A stretch of DNA of 64,000 bases from Gracilinanus agilis (lineage: Eukaryota): NCBI RefSeq assembly GCF_016433145.1, contig NC_058135.1, positions 62,024,904 to 62,088,903 on the forward strand. The letters run 5' to 3'. Below, in pieces: positions 24,131-36,416 of the stretch. Below the pieces are notes generated by a model. The model was not told the origin of the DNA and ran no database searches. It was given only the letters and a program-made list of their open reading frames with translations. Position numbers and translations under genes: made by a program. The first letter of the stretch is position 1; each line of letters opens with the position of its first letter.

Positions 24131-25376
24131 CTATATTTGCTTACAAATAGCCAAGAAAACTTAGAGATAATGGGGAAAAACTGAAATGCATAAGATTGTG
24201 GATTTAGAGGTTTGAAGGAGCATCAGTGATCACTGAACCAAACTCTTATCATTGTGTAGGTGAGGAAACTAAAATCCAAAGTAGTGAAGTGACTTGATGA
24301 CTAAGGTCACTGCCTTCTAGAGGAGTGATCTAAAAGAAAATCCTCTGATTCCAGATTTAGGTCCTATTCCATTACATCACATTGATTTGCCTCAGCTCCT
24401 TACATCTCTACAGGAATTGTTTCACTCTTTAATGACTGCCTATTTTGATTCTCCCCTCACTACCTCTCCAACCTTCATTACCATTCAAGGCACAAGGGAA
24501 GGACCAAAGAAGTGACTGTAAATAAATATCAATTGCCTCACAAACCAGCAAGTAGAAACTGTCACTCTATCAATGGTAGGGACTGGGGAGCAGAGGAGGA
24601 GGGGGAAGGAATTCTTAAGAAACCCTTTTGCCAACTATATAAATGCAAAAAAATGAAAATTGTTGGAAAATGAAAAGAGAAGAAGAAATTCAAAGTGCTA
24701 AAACTATAATGACTATCCTGGCCAATGATGTGAGAAAATGAACCCCTTTACTGAATATGCTATTAGACTCAGCTGAAGGTTTGATTAATTTTGCTAATCT
24801 GTTTTCTATTTTTTTTGTTGCAAGGGATAACACTCTGATTAAGGGGAAAGGAAGGATAGATTTGGAAACGAAGATGCTGTAAGAATAAATGATATTAATT
24901 TTTTTAAAGAAATAACATCTTGGCAGTTCTCTCAGAGGAAAAACCAGTTCACTCATAAATGCTAGAATGGTATTGTCCAACCTATGCATTTTCCTTTTAA
25001 ATCAAAGAAAAGAAACACTGAAATTCTTCAGTCTCATAGTGGAACATTTTAAGATGGCTTATTAACACACTTTGTCATCTCTCCTTTTTCTACCCACACG
25101 TTGTAATTTTGGCTCCCTGGCAAGTCAAGTCTTACAAGACTATTTTTATAAAGCACGAGAATGAGTGATGTCTCCGGTTATCTCTCAGTCCCACAACTAG
25201 AAATACTGTGGCCAGTTCTCTCTAGAGGAAGGTGGTGGTGAAGTGTAGAAGATGCCTTGTGCTTCCACCTCAGATAAGCATTTACACTGTGGGGCCCAGT
25301 ACAAAAACTAATCAAGTGGTTAGAGGGAGAATAATTCTCATAAATTAAGAGCTTGTACAGGAAAAGATTTTTGTTC

Positions 25377-25600
25377 AGTTGTCTCAGCTACATCTGACTC
25401 TTTGTTATCCATTTTGGGTTTTCCTGACAAAGATACTAGAGTAATTTTCCATTTCCATCTCATTTTGCAGATGAGGAAACTGAGGCAAACAGGATTAAAT
25501 GACTTTCCCAGGTTTATATAGCTAGTAAGTGTCTGTGGCTCAATATGAACTTGGGAACATTATTCTCCCTCACTCTGGGTTCATTATCACCTAGCTTCCC
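25377..25600 (-). mobile_element. Mar1 CORE-SINE
   Basis: ttttgggttttcctgacaaagatactagag...gatgaggaaactgaggcaaacagg. Confidence 0.8.
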
Positions 25601-26089
25601 CAAATGAAAAGATAGTTAAAATTAATTTCTCTTTTCTGCCTGATTATATGTTCTAGTCTAAGAATGGCATTTGACTCATAGCTTAAAAATCAAAATAGCA
25701 CTTTTCATTGCAAAAGTACTGTTTATAGAATAAGAAGTCATCTTACAATAAATAATTCGGGGCAGTCATAAAGGGGGAAGAAGAAATTTTTTCTTTTTAA
25801 ATATTGCATTTTAAATAATGAGTCTTTTTGCATCATCCCTTATTTATCTTTTCCCTTTACTTTCTTGATCATAGAGGGTAGCTTTTATCATAGTTTCATA
25901 GATTTAGAACTGAAGGAATCATCCAGTTCAAAAGGGTCAAACACATAGCCCAGATGTGACACATAACCATCCCTAAACTGATTAAAAAGTAATTGGGAAA
26001 TGTTGAACAAAAATACAATAAAATATAGATAATGTTAACATATGATCTTCTTAGTCAATATGCATTCATAGGGAGGTTTATGTATTGTT

Positions 26090-26615
26090 TGGCTGAACAA
26101 ATTGTGGTATATGCTGGTGATGGAATACTATTGTGCTCGAAAGAATAATAAACTGGAGGAGTTCCATGTGAACTGGAAAGACCTCCAAGAACTGATGCAG
26201 AGTGAAAGGAGCAGAGCCAGAAGAACATTGTACACAGAGACTGATATACTATGGTAAAATCAAATGTAATGGACCTCTGTACTAGCAGCAACAATAACAC
26301 AGGACAACTCTGAGGGATTTATGGTAAAGAACACTACCCACATTCAGAGGAAGATCGGCAGGAGAGAAAACATATAAGAAAAACAACTGCTTGAATGCAT
26401 GGGTTGGGGTGGACATGATTGGGGGTGTAGACTCGAAACCACCACACCAATGCAACTATCAACAATTTGGAAATAGGTTTTGATCAACGACACATGATAA
26501 AACCAGTGGAAATGTGCGTCAGCTATGGGGGGAAGTGCAGGGGGGTGAAGGGGAAAGTAGGAGCATGAATCATGTAACTATGTTAAAAACAAATATTAAT
26601 AAATGTTTAAAAAAA
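26090..26615 (+). mobile_element. 5'-truncated L1 3' end of the same family (ORF2 tail, 3'UTR, A-tail)
   Basis: Closely matches about 31981-32510 (ggctgaacaaa...attaataaatgtttaaaaaaa). Confidence 0.95.
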
Positions 26616-26789
26616 GAATGAGTAGCAGAGGTGGAGATCTGAAAAAAAAGTATTTATAGCAGCTCTTTTTGTAGTGGTACAGAATTAGAAATTGAGGGGA
26701 TATTCATCAATTGCGGAATGTCTGAACAAGTTGTGTAAATAACTATGATGGAATACTATTAAACTATTGGAAAATGTGAAAAAAACAAA

Positions 26790-27380
26790 AAAACATGTAC
26801 ATACAGTTTCTAATAATCATTTTCTGACATTTTGAGATCCATATTCTCTTCTCAAGATGGCAGGTAATATGATATGGGTTGTACATGTGTTATCATACAA
26901 CACAAATGTCCATGTTAATCATCTTGTGAAGAAGACACTAGAGAAAAATTCATGGAGCATATAAAGTGAAGAATGGTCTCTTTCAATCTGCATCCATCAG
27001 TTCCTTCTATGGTCATGATAGCATTTTTCATCAGTAGTCCCTTGGGGTTGTCTTGAATTCTTGCATTGCTGAAAATAGTTGTCATCCACAGTTGATCATC
27101 TTTATTGTGTTACTGTGTCCAGTGTTCTCCTGGTTCTTTTCATTTCACTTTGCATCACTTCATTTAAGTCTTTCCAGGTTTTTTTTGTAATCATCTCATT
27201 TTTCATTTCCTATGGCACAATAATATTCATTATAATCATATCCCAACAACTTGTTCAGCCATTCCCCATTTCTATTCTTTGTTGCCACAAAAAGAGTTAC
27301 CACAAATAACCTTTTCCCCTATCTTCAATTTCTTTGGGATACAAACCTAGTATTGGTATTGCTGGGTAAAAGTGTATGTC
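26790..27380 (-). mobile_element. Old L1 3' fragment
   Basis: Antisense L1 3'UTR/ORF2-end motifs (gttcagccattcccc, ttgccacaaaaagag, aaacctagtattggtattgctggg). Confidence 0.75.
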
Positions 27381-29479
27381 CAATTTTAGGGCATTTGAGT
27401 ATTTTTAGTGACCCCCATTCCTATATAAGTTTGACATCACTGCTCGAGTGCAACTTTCTCATTTTACAGATGAGAAAACTAAGATCTTGAAAGGTGAGAG
27501 GATTTGCCTAGTTAAGTTGGGATTTGAACAAAGCATCTTTGACTCCAAATCCAGAAGTCTTTTCACTCTGAAACTTTGCATCCTGCAAATTTTCTTAGGA
27601 GATGGGAGTGTCTAACCCTAATCCTAATTCCTTTGGTTTCATCAGTATGGAGAACTTCCAGTATGGAAATCCCCTTCACAAATGCAGTTCCAGGATGAAT
27701 GTCCCATATAGTCATTGAGATTCTCCTGGGGCACTCAGTGGTTCAGTGATATGTCCAAAGTCACATTTTTCCAACTCCAACCCTGCTTGCCTCTTATATT
27801 GTACACTATTGTATCAATCATATTCATCCAGTGAAATTTTTTTTGGACAGGATGTTAATATAGGAAAGTGAACAAGGAAATCCTTTCTCCCAATGCAGAA
27901 GGATACTTTTTAGAAAGTCACTAATTAATTATCATTGTTACTAATTTCATATATTGAATCACATTCATACCACATTTTAGAGTCAATGTGTCTTGGTGAA
28001 TAGAAAGCCAGCTCAGTGGATAAGATCCTTCCCTTCTGTGGCATATCCTGGCTGTGTGTTCCAAGCAATTCATTTGGCCTCTGCTTTTAAAGAAACTTTC
28101 AGTTGTGATGACATGTCTTGCACGTGTCTACACGGATGGAGGGAGCTTCCTCTACTGGGAGTCCCCTTTCAGTGAAATCTTTTTCAATTCCCCAAGCTGT
28201 CCTATGTATGCATGCCAATGCAAAGGATGATTTCTCCAGGGTCAGGTCAGCCCAGAGATCAGATTGTCTCAGTGGGTTTGTACATGATTATGACCACTTT
28301 TAAGGCATATTATCTTCATGCCCCCAACTTGAAGATCAAGTCTTCAGGCTTCACAATCAGTCAAGCTACAGCCAAAGAAAATGGCAGTGAGAAAGGAAAG
28401 AATATTTCAGCATCTGCAAACACATATCGTTAAGAGCTGAAATACCCTGTATGGAAAACAGTAAACAGGCTAATTTAGCATGTAGATCTCATAAGGATGA
28501 GTTATGTCATCAGCTTGGAAAAACAGAAAATCTATAAAAAGGCCTGGAATTAATGACTTTCAAACATCATTTTTCATAGTGATCATTTCTTTCAGTGGCT
28601 TGGATGCTTATTAGATTCTCATACTAGAGCTACCTATAGACTGTTAATAAATACATTTTCACGTTAAGATTGGTGTTCGCATTTTCTTAAACATTGGGAT
28701 TCTTTCAGAATAGATATAAAATTTTAGTTTGACCTATTTCTCAATATTTTAGCTTCAAATTAAAATTTTAAAAAATTAGGAACTGGTTCCGGGTTAATAT
28801 GGCACCAGAGTAAGAAGCAGCTCTTAACCTCTCCTGACCAAAACACACAAAACTCCTCAAGGGGACATAAAAACAAGTCCAGAGGAACGGAGGAACCCCA
28901 CAACAGGGCACAGCATGGAAGGTACGTGGAATCGGGGCATTTCCATGCTATAAAGGAGTGAAACAGCTCTCATTAAATCGCGGGCTAAGCAACCACCCCA
29001 CCTCCTCCCCCTCCACACACACCACCTATAACGCCGAAGCCAGCTAAAAAGAAATAGAGCAAGTTTGGGGCACCCATCGAGTCATTGGCAGTCCGGGGCC
29101 TGTTCCTGAGAGCAGCAAGATTTAGGACCCCAAAAAGCTAAAGAACACAGAACACACACGCAAACTCTGAGCACAGGAGCAGGACGCAGAACGCGGGCGC
29201 AGAGAGCAGAGCACAGGCGTGGTTGGAGTCGCTGGTGGAGGCAGACACAGCCGCCAGCTAAGGCTCTGAAACCCTGAGTGGGGAACCAGTGCAGACGGGT
29301 ATACGACTGTGGAAGCAGCGCCCTGAGACTTGTAAAGAAAGCTCTGGCAGAGGATCAAGCAAGGGGGTCCACCAGAGGGCTTGACCTTGGAAAAAAACCA
29401 GAACTCAGACCTCAGGAGCCAAAAGACCGCAGACAGACCCTGAGCACAAGGATAAACCTGAGAAACTGCTGGGCTAACG

Positions 29480-30523
29480 ATGGCTACCCAGTCTCAGGAA
29501 GTTCATAAAAGAAAGATTAACAACAAGAAAAAGAAGTCTTTAACACTCGACAACTTTTACACAGAGAAAATCCAGACAACCGAGCAAACAAAGGAGGAGA
29601 ACAAACAAGCATCCGGACCCTCCTCAAATAAGGAAAACTCCTCACAAGCTATGGAAGAGTTCAAAACTGAGATTTTGAGAAAAATGGAAGAGATCTGGCA
29701 AGAAAATAACAGTTTAAAAGGTAGAATCTTGCAATTGGAAAGTGAGGCTCAGAAACCAAATGAACTGATAAGCAAATTGAACACCAGAAATGACCAGATT
29801 GAAAAGGAATACCAGAAGATTATAGCCGAAAAACAGAAGATTATAGCCGAAAACCAATCGCTAAAGGCTAGAATTGAACAATTAGAAGCTAATGATCTCT
29901 CAAGACAACGAGAACAAATAAAACAATGTCAAAAGACTGAAAAAATAGAAGGAAACATGAAATATCACAATGAGAAAGTGACAGACCAAGAAAACCGGTC
30001 TAGAAGAGACAACTTGAGAATCATTGGTCTTCCAGAAAAACCAGAAATTAATAGAAACCTGGACTCCATACTTAAAGAAATTATTCAGCAAAATTGCCCT
30101 GAAGTCCTACAACAAGAGGGCAATATAGACACTGAAAGGATCCATAGAACACCCGCAACATTCAATCCAGATAAGAAAATGCCCAGGAATATAATTGCAA
30201 AATTCAAGAGTTTCCAAGCAAAAGAAAAAATCTTACAAGAAGCCAGAAAGAGACAATTCAAATATCAAGGAGCACCAATCAGGATCATACAGGATCTGGC
30301 AGCCTCCACGCTAAAAGATCACAAGGCTTGGAATACGATATTCAGAAAGGCAAGAGAGCTGGGCCTGTAACCACGGATCAACTACCCATCAAAATTGACT
30401 ATATATTTCCAGGGGAAAGTATGGGCATTCAACAAAATTGAAGAATTCCAGGTATTTGCACAGAAAAGACCAGGGCTAAATGGAAAGTTTGATATCCAAC
30501 CACAAAAATCAAGAGAAACCTGA
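29480..30523 (+). pseudogene. ORF1: L1 ORF1 with a premature stop at 30368-30370
   Basis: The 296-aa ORF ends RELGL-TAA. The frame continues PRINYPSKLTIYFQGKVWAFNKIEEFQVFAQKRPGLNGKFDIQPQKSRET to TGA at 30521-30523. The sister copy has CAA (Gln) at the stop position. Confidence 0.93.
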
Positions 30524-31238
30524 AAAGGTAAATAAGATACAGAGGGGAAAGAAAGAAAACTTATAATTTTTAAATTTGCTTTTTAAGGGCCTCAGTGAGA
30601 TCTAATTATCTGTATTCCTATGTAGAGAAATGTTATGTATATTTCTCTGTAGTGAACTCTATTCACTATTATAGTATTCACAATTATAGTAATCAGAAGA
30701 ATAATTCATAGGGTGAGGGTGGAACACTAAATAATCTAAGATGACATGGGGGATAGGAAAGAGGGGGTGAATAGCAGGGGACACCAAGAGAAACTTGAGT
30801 GAATAAGAAAAATAGGATATTCTATTACATACAAAGAGGGCATGGGAAGGAGAGGGGACAAATACTATTATAAGAAGGAGAGGAAGAGAGCATTAAGAGG
30901 TAATAATCAAACCTTATTCTCAGTGTAATCAACCCGGAGAAGGAAGAGTAGCTATACTATGCACTGGGACATAAAACTCCTATCTAACCCTTCTGAGAAA
31001 GTCAGAAGGGATAAACCAAGGGGAGCAGGGGAGTGGGGAGGTCAAAAAAAGGGAGGGGAGAAGAAGGGGGAGCGAATTCATAAGGCCTTTAAAAACAAAA
31101 AGAGGGGGGAAAATAAGGGAGGGGGTAGAAAGGGAAGTTAATCAAGGGAGGGGATAAGGGATAGGGTCTTAATAGCAAACCACTGGTTTTAAAGGAAATA
31201 GTTTAAGAGAAGGGGTAGGAATAGGGGAGGAAACGAAA

Positions 31239-31465
31239 ATGTCAGCAAATGCACAACTGATGATTATAACTCTGAATGTGAATGGAATGAACTCGCCCAT
31301 AAAACGGAAGCAAATAGCAGAGTGGATTAGAAACCAAAATCCCACCATATGTTGTCTACAAGAAACACATATGAGACGGGTGGACATACACAATTTTAAG
31401 GTTCAGGCTTTGAGCAAAATCTTTTGGGCATCAAATGAGAAAAAGAAGGCAGGAGTGGCTATTAT
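31239..31465 (+). CDS. ORF2: L1 ORF2p N-terminus (APE endonuclease), cut by the gap
   Basis: MSANAQLMIITLNVNGMNSPIKRKQIAEWIRNQNPTICCLQETH carries the typical L1 endonuclease motifs (TLNVNG, CLQETH). Confidence 0.93.
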
Positions 31466-31864
31466 NNNNNNNNNNNNNNNNNNNNNNNNNNNNNNNNNNN
31501 NNNNNNNNNNNNNNNNNNNNNNNNNNNNNNNNNNNNNNNNNNNNNNNNNNNNNNNNNNNNNNNNNNNNNNNNNNNNNNNNNNNNNNNNNNNNNNNNNNNN
31601 NNNNNNNNNNNNNNNNNNNNNNNNNNNNNNNNNNNNNNNNNNNNNNNNNNNNNNNNNNNNNNNNNNNNNNNNNNNNNNNNNNNNNNNNNNNNNNNNNNNN
31701 NNNNNNNNNNNNNNNNNNNNNNNNNNNNNNNNNNNNNNNNNNNNNNNNNNNNNNNNNNNNNNNNNNNNNNNNNNNNNNNNNNNNNNNNNNNNNNNNNNNN
31801 NNNNNNNNNNNNNNNNNNNNNNNNNNNNNNNNNNNNNNNNNNNNNNNNNNNNNNNNNNNNNNNN
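31466..31864. other. Assembly gap (399 N) inside L1 ORF2
   Basis: Run of N. Confidence 1.
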
Positions 31865-32148
31865 TGGGTTTGTACCCCAAAGAGATCATAGATAAACAGA
31901 CTTGTACGAAAATATTTATAGCTGCGCTTTTTGTGGTGGCAAAAAACTGGAAAAGGAGGGTATGTCCTTCAATTGGGGAATGGCTGAACAAACTGTGGTA
32001 TATGCTGGTGATGGAATACTATTGTGCTAAAAGGAATAATAAACTGGAGGAGTTCCAGGTGAACTGGAGAGACATCTGGGAACAGATGCAGAGCGAAAGG
32101 AGCAGAGCCAGAAGAACTCTATACACAGAGACTGACATTCTGTGGTAA
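31865..32148 (+). CDS. ORF2: L1 ORF2p C-terminal segment
   Basis: GLYPKEII...CTKIFIAALFVVAKNWK...CPSIGEWLNKLWY..MEYY is the L1 ORF2 C-terminus. Confidence 0.92.
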
Positions 32149-34109
32149 AATCGAATGTAATGGACCTCTGTACCAGCAGCAATACAATGACCCAGGACAA
32201 TTCTGAGGGATTTATGATAAAGATGCTACCCACATTCAGAGGAAGGACTGCAGGAGAGGAAACATATAAGAAAAACAACTGCTTGAACGCATGGGTCGGG
32301 GTGGACATGATTGAGGGTGTGGACTCGAAACTACCACATCAATGCAACTACCAACAATTTGGAAATAGGTCTTGATCGAGGACACATGACAAAACTAGTG
32401 GAAATGTGCGTCGGCCATGGGTGGGGGGAGTGCGGGGGGTGAAGGGGAAAGTAGGAGCATGAATCATGTAACCATGTTAAAAATGAATATTAATAAATGT
32501 TTAAAAAAACAAAAAAATTAGGAACTAATATAATTTCTACTTTTTTAAAAAAATAGTATCATCAAAAATACCCACTATGGTATCAGTGATTTGAAGGATA
32601 TGCACAATTTAGTAACTTTTGGGGGCATGACTCCAAATTGCTTTCCAGAATGACTAGACCTCGGCTTAGCCAATGTGGGAATTTGTTTTTCTTGACTATA
32701 TATATTTGTTACAAACGATTTCCCTTTCTGTTTTTTTCCAGTAAGGAGGGGTAGGGAAAGAGATAAAATAAATAGTTGATAATTTAAACAAATAAAATTG
32801 AATTTTTGAAAATACTCTTATGTTTTTAAAAATAATTTGAGTTTCCTAGACAGTGGAACAGTCCCTAAGAGGTTTAAGATTTCTCTCCCCTGGGTAATCT
32901 TTTTCCATGAAAATCAAGAATGCAACAAAAACATCCAGCTATATTTAGATTTAGACAGAGTCAAGCTGTCCCGGATTTGTCCTGTCCAAGGAAAAGGTAT
33001 GATAAACAAAACCTCGAAAGGAACATGGAAGAAATTAACAAACCCTAAAGAAATATGGCTTGTCTATGAGATGGGAGAGCAGATGAATGCTAGGGCTCAC
33101 TTTTCTAAGGCTTCTGATTTTATGGCAGTTGTTTGCTTTCAGACACCAGGCCCACAAGATATACACAGGAGTTGTTTGGATTCATTCAACATTAATTCAG
33201 CGAACATTTATGAAACACCTGCTAGGTTTAATGAGTGCACTGCCTTAGGCACTGGGGGAGCTACAAAGATAAATAAGACAGTCTTCATTTCATTTAAGCA
33301 GGATAGTCAATTCCCTACCATACGAGTTTACCTTTAGAAATATTAGCCTACTTTTGTTCCTTTTTTTTCCCTCAAAGCAGTTGAGGGAAGAGGAGGTTAA
33401 ATATATTTTGTAGTCATTTATTTTTTAAAGTAACATTACAATAAAATATAAAATTAAAATAAATACACTAAAATGGAAAACTGAGAACAAAAAGAAAGAC
33501 TTGTTAGCAATCGAAAACAACTTAAAATTTTTAAATGACTTCTTTTTAGTTTTGGAACTTCTTTCCCCCAGCAGATCTACCTTTCTTAATCCAACCCCAC
33601 CACCCTTAAGCTAGTATTCCCCGAAGGCACACCATCAAAAGGCAAAGTAGGGGAAGGTAGTCTAAAAGATTTCTTGCTGTCAGCTAAAGTAGGATTTAAG
33701 ATGTGTTATGCTTTTAAAGACTTCCTGATTAACACAATGAACAGCCATGATTCCAGAGAGCTAATGGTGAAGAATGCTCCCTACCTCCTGACAAAGAAGT
33801 GATGGACTCAAAACACAAAATAAGACATACATTTTTGAACCCATGGCCAAAGTAGGAATGAGTTTTCCTTAGCTAGGCATATTTGTTTCAAGGATTTTTT
33901 TCCTCTTTTTTCCAGTGGAGGTCAGGTCAGACGGAAGGCGTGGGAGGCAGGCAAAGAAGATAAATATTTGTTAATTTAAAAAAATTTAAAGGAAAATTGT
34001 TAAGCATAACCAACACAGAGACAACCAAGAGTTACACATATGACATCATGGACATGTGCTTGCCAGGATATCTTCTGAAACCACTTATTTAATCAACTAG
34101 CATTTTTAA

Positions 34110-34450
34110 CTACCTACTATATCTATTAAGTACTTACTATATATCCAGATACATATGGATATATATATATATGCAAATACACACACACACACACACTGAT
34201 ATATCTGGAGATATAAATATAAAAGTAAAGTAGTCCAGATGGACCCAATGTATACATCTGTACATGTGCACAAAACACAGATGGAAATGGAGATGTATGT
34301 GTGTGGAGGTGAGAGAAACAGAGAGACACAGAGAAAGTGACAGATATTAAAGAGATAGAGACAGAGCCACAAAGTAAGAGAAAGAGACAGAAAGAGAGAG
34401 AGAAAAGTAGAGGAAGTTCGATATGAAAGGGGGGGGAAAGGAGAGAGAGA
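34110..34450. repeat. Compound low-complexity tract of (TA)n, (CA)n and (GA)-rich sequence
   Basis: Visible dinucleotide runs. Confidence 0.85.
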
Positions 34451-35387
34451 TTCTTCAACTTGTTAAAACACATTAGATTAATTTTCAAACTTTCTTCTCT
34501 CGTAGTAAAGATGCTTTAATAGGACAAAGGAGATAACATGGAGAATAGAGAGCACTGAAAGAGTATTTATGGATAGCAAAACCAAAACCAAAAAACATTT
34601 TAGGGACAGTAACAAATTAAGATTTGGTGTAGAAGAGGAACATTGAAACCAGGGAAGGAAAGTATAATAAAAAGTGAAAATATGCAGCTCCAATGGCAGG
34701 AATGGAAAATAAGCATAATATAAGTGTGCCTCTTGAAGAAAGCATCTGAAGAAAGCTGGAGAACTGGGAAAACAGAATTCTCAAGTAGTCAATACTTTCT
34801 AAATGTACTTTCCAAACACCTTCTTATATAAAGTCTGACACCTAAACTATGAATAAATTATAAAAATTCATGATGTCCTTCAAGATCCAACTCCAGTGTT
34901 TAACACTCATTGTCACAATATCTTTTCTAGTTTCTAAACTAAGACCTAGGACTGGAACTGAAGCTCATTCTCCTTACCAGCTCTTAAAGAAGACAGACAA
35001 TATCTAATTTCTATCTATTTAATATGACATCATTTCTGAACCATTTCTCCACAACTTATATGCTTTTAACCTTTTTTGTAGGTCACAGAGTCACAGAACC
35101 TCAGAGTTGAAGGGATTTCAAGGATCAGACTAGTACAATGGACATATTAAGAGGAATTTGCTTTGCCATATCTCTAATGAATGGTCGGTTAAACTCCACT
35201 TAAGTGTTTCCTATGATAAGATTCCACCACTTCTGGGGGTACCACATGTGACTTGAAGATAGCTCATATTTATGGAAGTTTTTCTTTTATTAAGCCTAAA
35301 TCTGGCCTTTTTTTCACCCATTGATCCTAATTTTGCCAACTGGGACCAAAAAGAATGAAGCTAATTCCTTTTCTATAAGATATCCCT

Positions 35388-35571
35388 GGGGCAGCTGAGT
35401 AGCTCAGTGGAGTGAGAGTCAGGCCTAGAGACAGGAGGTCCTAGGTTCAAACCCGGCCTCAGCCACTTCCCAGCTGTGTGACCCTGGGCAAGTCACTTGA
35501 CCCCCATTGCCCACCCTTACCAGTCTTCCACCTATGAGACAATACACCGAAGTACAAGGGTTTAAAAAAAA
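35388..35571 (+). mobile_element. SINE1_Mdo-type SINE (short-tail variant) with an 11-bp TSD
   Basis: ggggcagctgagtagctcagtgg head with a B-box-like ggttcaaaccc. TSD aagatatccct at 35377-35387 and 35572-35582. Confidence 0.92.
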
Positions 35572-36416
35572 AAGATATCCCTTCCACTACTTGGTGAAAA
35601 GTGTCATGTCTTCCTTAGTTTTCTAGCATTGGCCTATTTCATAGCTCTGACACTTACTGCCTAAACAAGTGATATAACCTCAAAGTTTTTCTGGATCTCA
35701 GTTTCCTCTTCTGTGAAATGAAGGAATTGACCTAATGGACTCTAGGGCCCTTTCCCTTGCTACTATAATCTCTATGAATTCTTTGATTCACTTCCCTACA
35801 TTTAGGATCTCTATGAATTCTATTATTGTCTTTTTCGGCTTAAATATCCACAATTTATATGGTTTGGTTTCCTGTCCCGTGGCCATGTTGATCTCTCTTC
35901 TATGAACACGTTCCAATTTTTAAATGTCCTTCCTCATGGCAGAGTACATAGAATTCTGGACTTGGAGATAGGAAGACATGACTTCAAACCTAGCATCTGT
36001 TATTAAATTTGTGATCATGGGCAAATCATTTCACTCCTCTTAACTTCAATTTCCTCATCTACAAAATGGAGATAATATATTACCTATCTCACAGAAAGAC
36101 ACAATAGTGTAGTATAGTAGATAAAGAGGCAGCCTAGGAGCAGAAAGACCTGGATTCATCTATGACACAAAATTGCTCTGTGACTCTGGTCAAGTCACTA
36201 AACCTCCCAGTGGTCTAAGATATTTCCTAAGGCTATAAATTAAATAGAAGATACCAACCTATGTTGGTAGTGAGAGTTTACTCATCAGGGAGCATTCTGT
36301 TACAGTGAATCAAAGCTCCAGTCTAAACCCTCCCTATTTCATAGGGTTATTATGAGGCTCAATGAGATAATATGTAAAGTTCAAAATAAATGCCAGGCAT
36401 TTTTGTTACTCTAAAT

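Larger units (their letters stand above)
28785..32511 (+). mobile_element. LINE-1 with both ends present (5'UTR, ORF1, long spacer, ORF2, 3'UTR, A-tail) and an internal assembly gap
   Basis: 15-bp TSD aaaaaattaggaact at 28770-28784 and 32512-32526, tttt/aaaaaa target site, aataaa plus A-tail at about 32492-32511. Confidence 0.97.

Noticed and set aside
27993-28433. Cluster of three overlapping 60-73-aa ORFs in unique-looking sequence
   Set aside because: Short, no recognisable motif, and no consistent splice-bounded open frame on either strand.
31431-32148. Long ORFs of 186-237 aa across 31.4-32.1 kb
   Set aside because: Their length is an artefact of translating Ns. Only the ORF2 termini on each side of the gap are real.
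32837-33337. 166-aa ORF, the longest non-L1 ORF
   Set aside because: Non-ATG start, no recognisable domain, and it overlaps an L2-like fragment near 33190-33300.
35388-35460. tRNA-like A-box and B-box sequences
   Set aside because: These are tRNA-derived SINE heads with no cloverleaf or anticodon arm, not tRNA genes.
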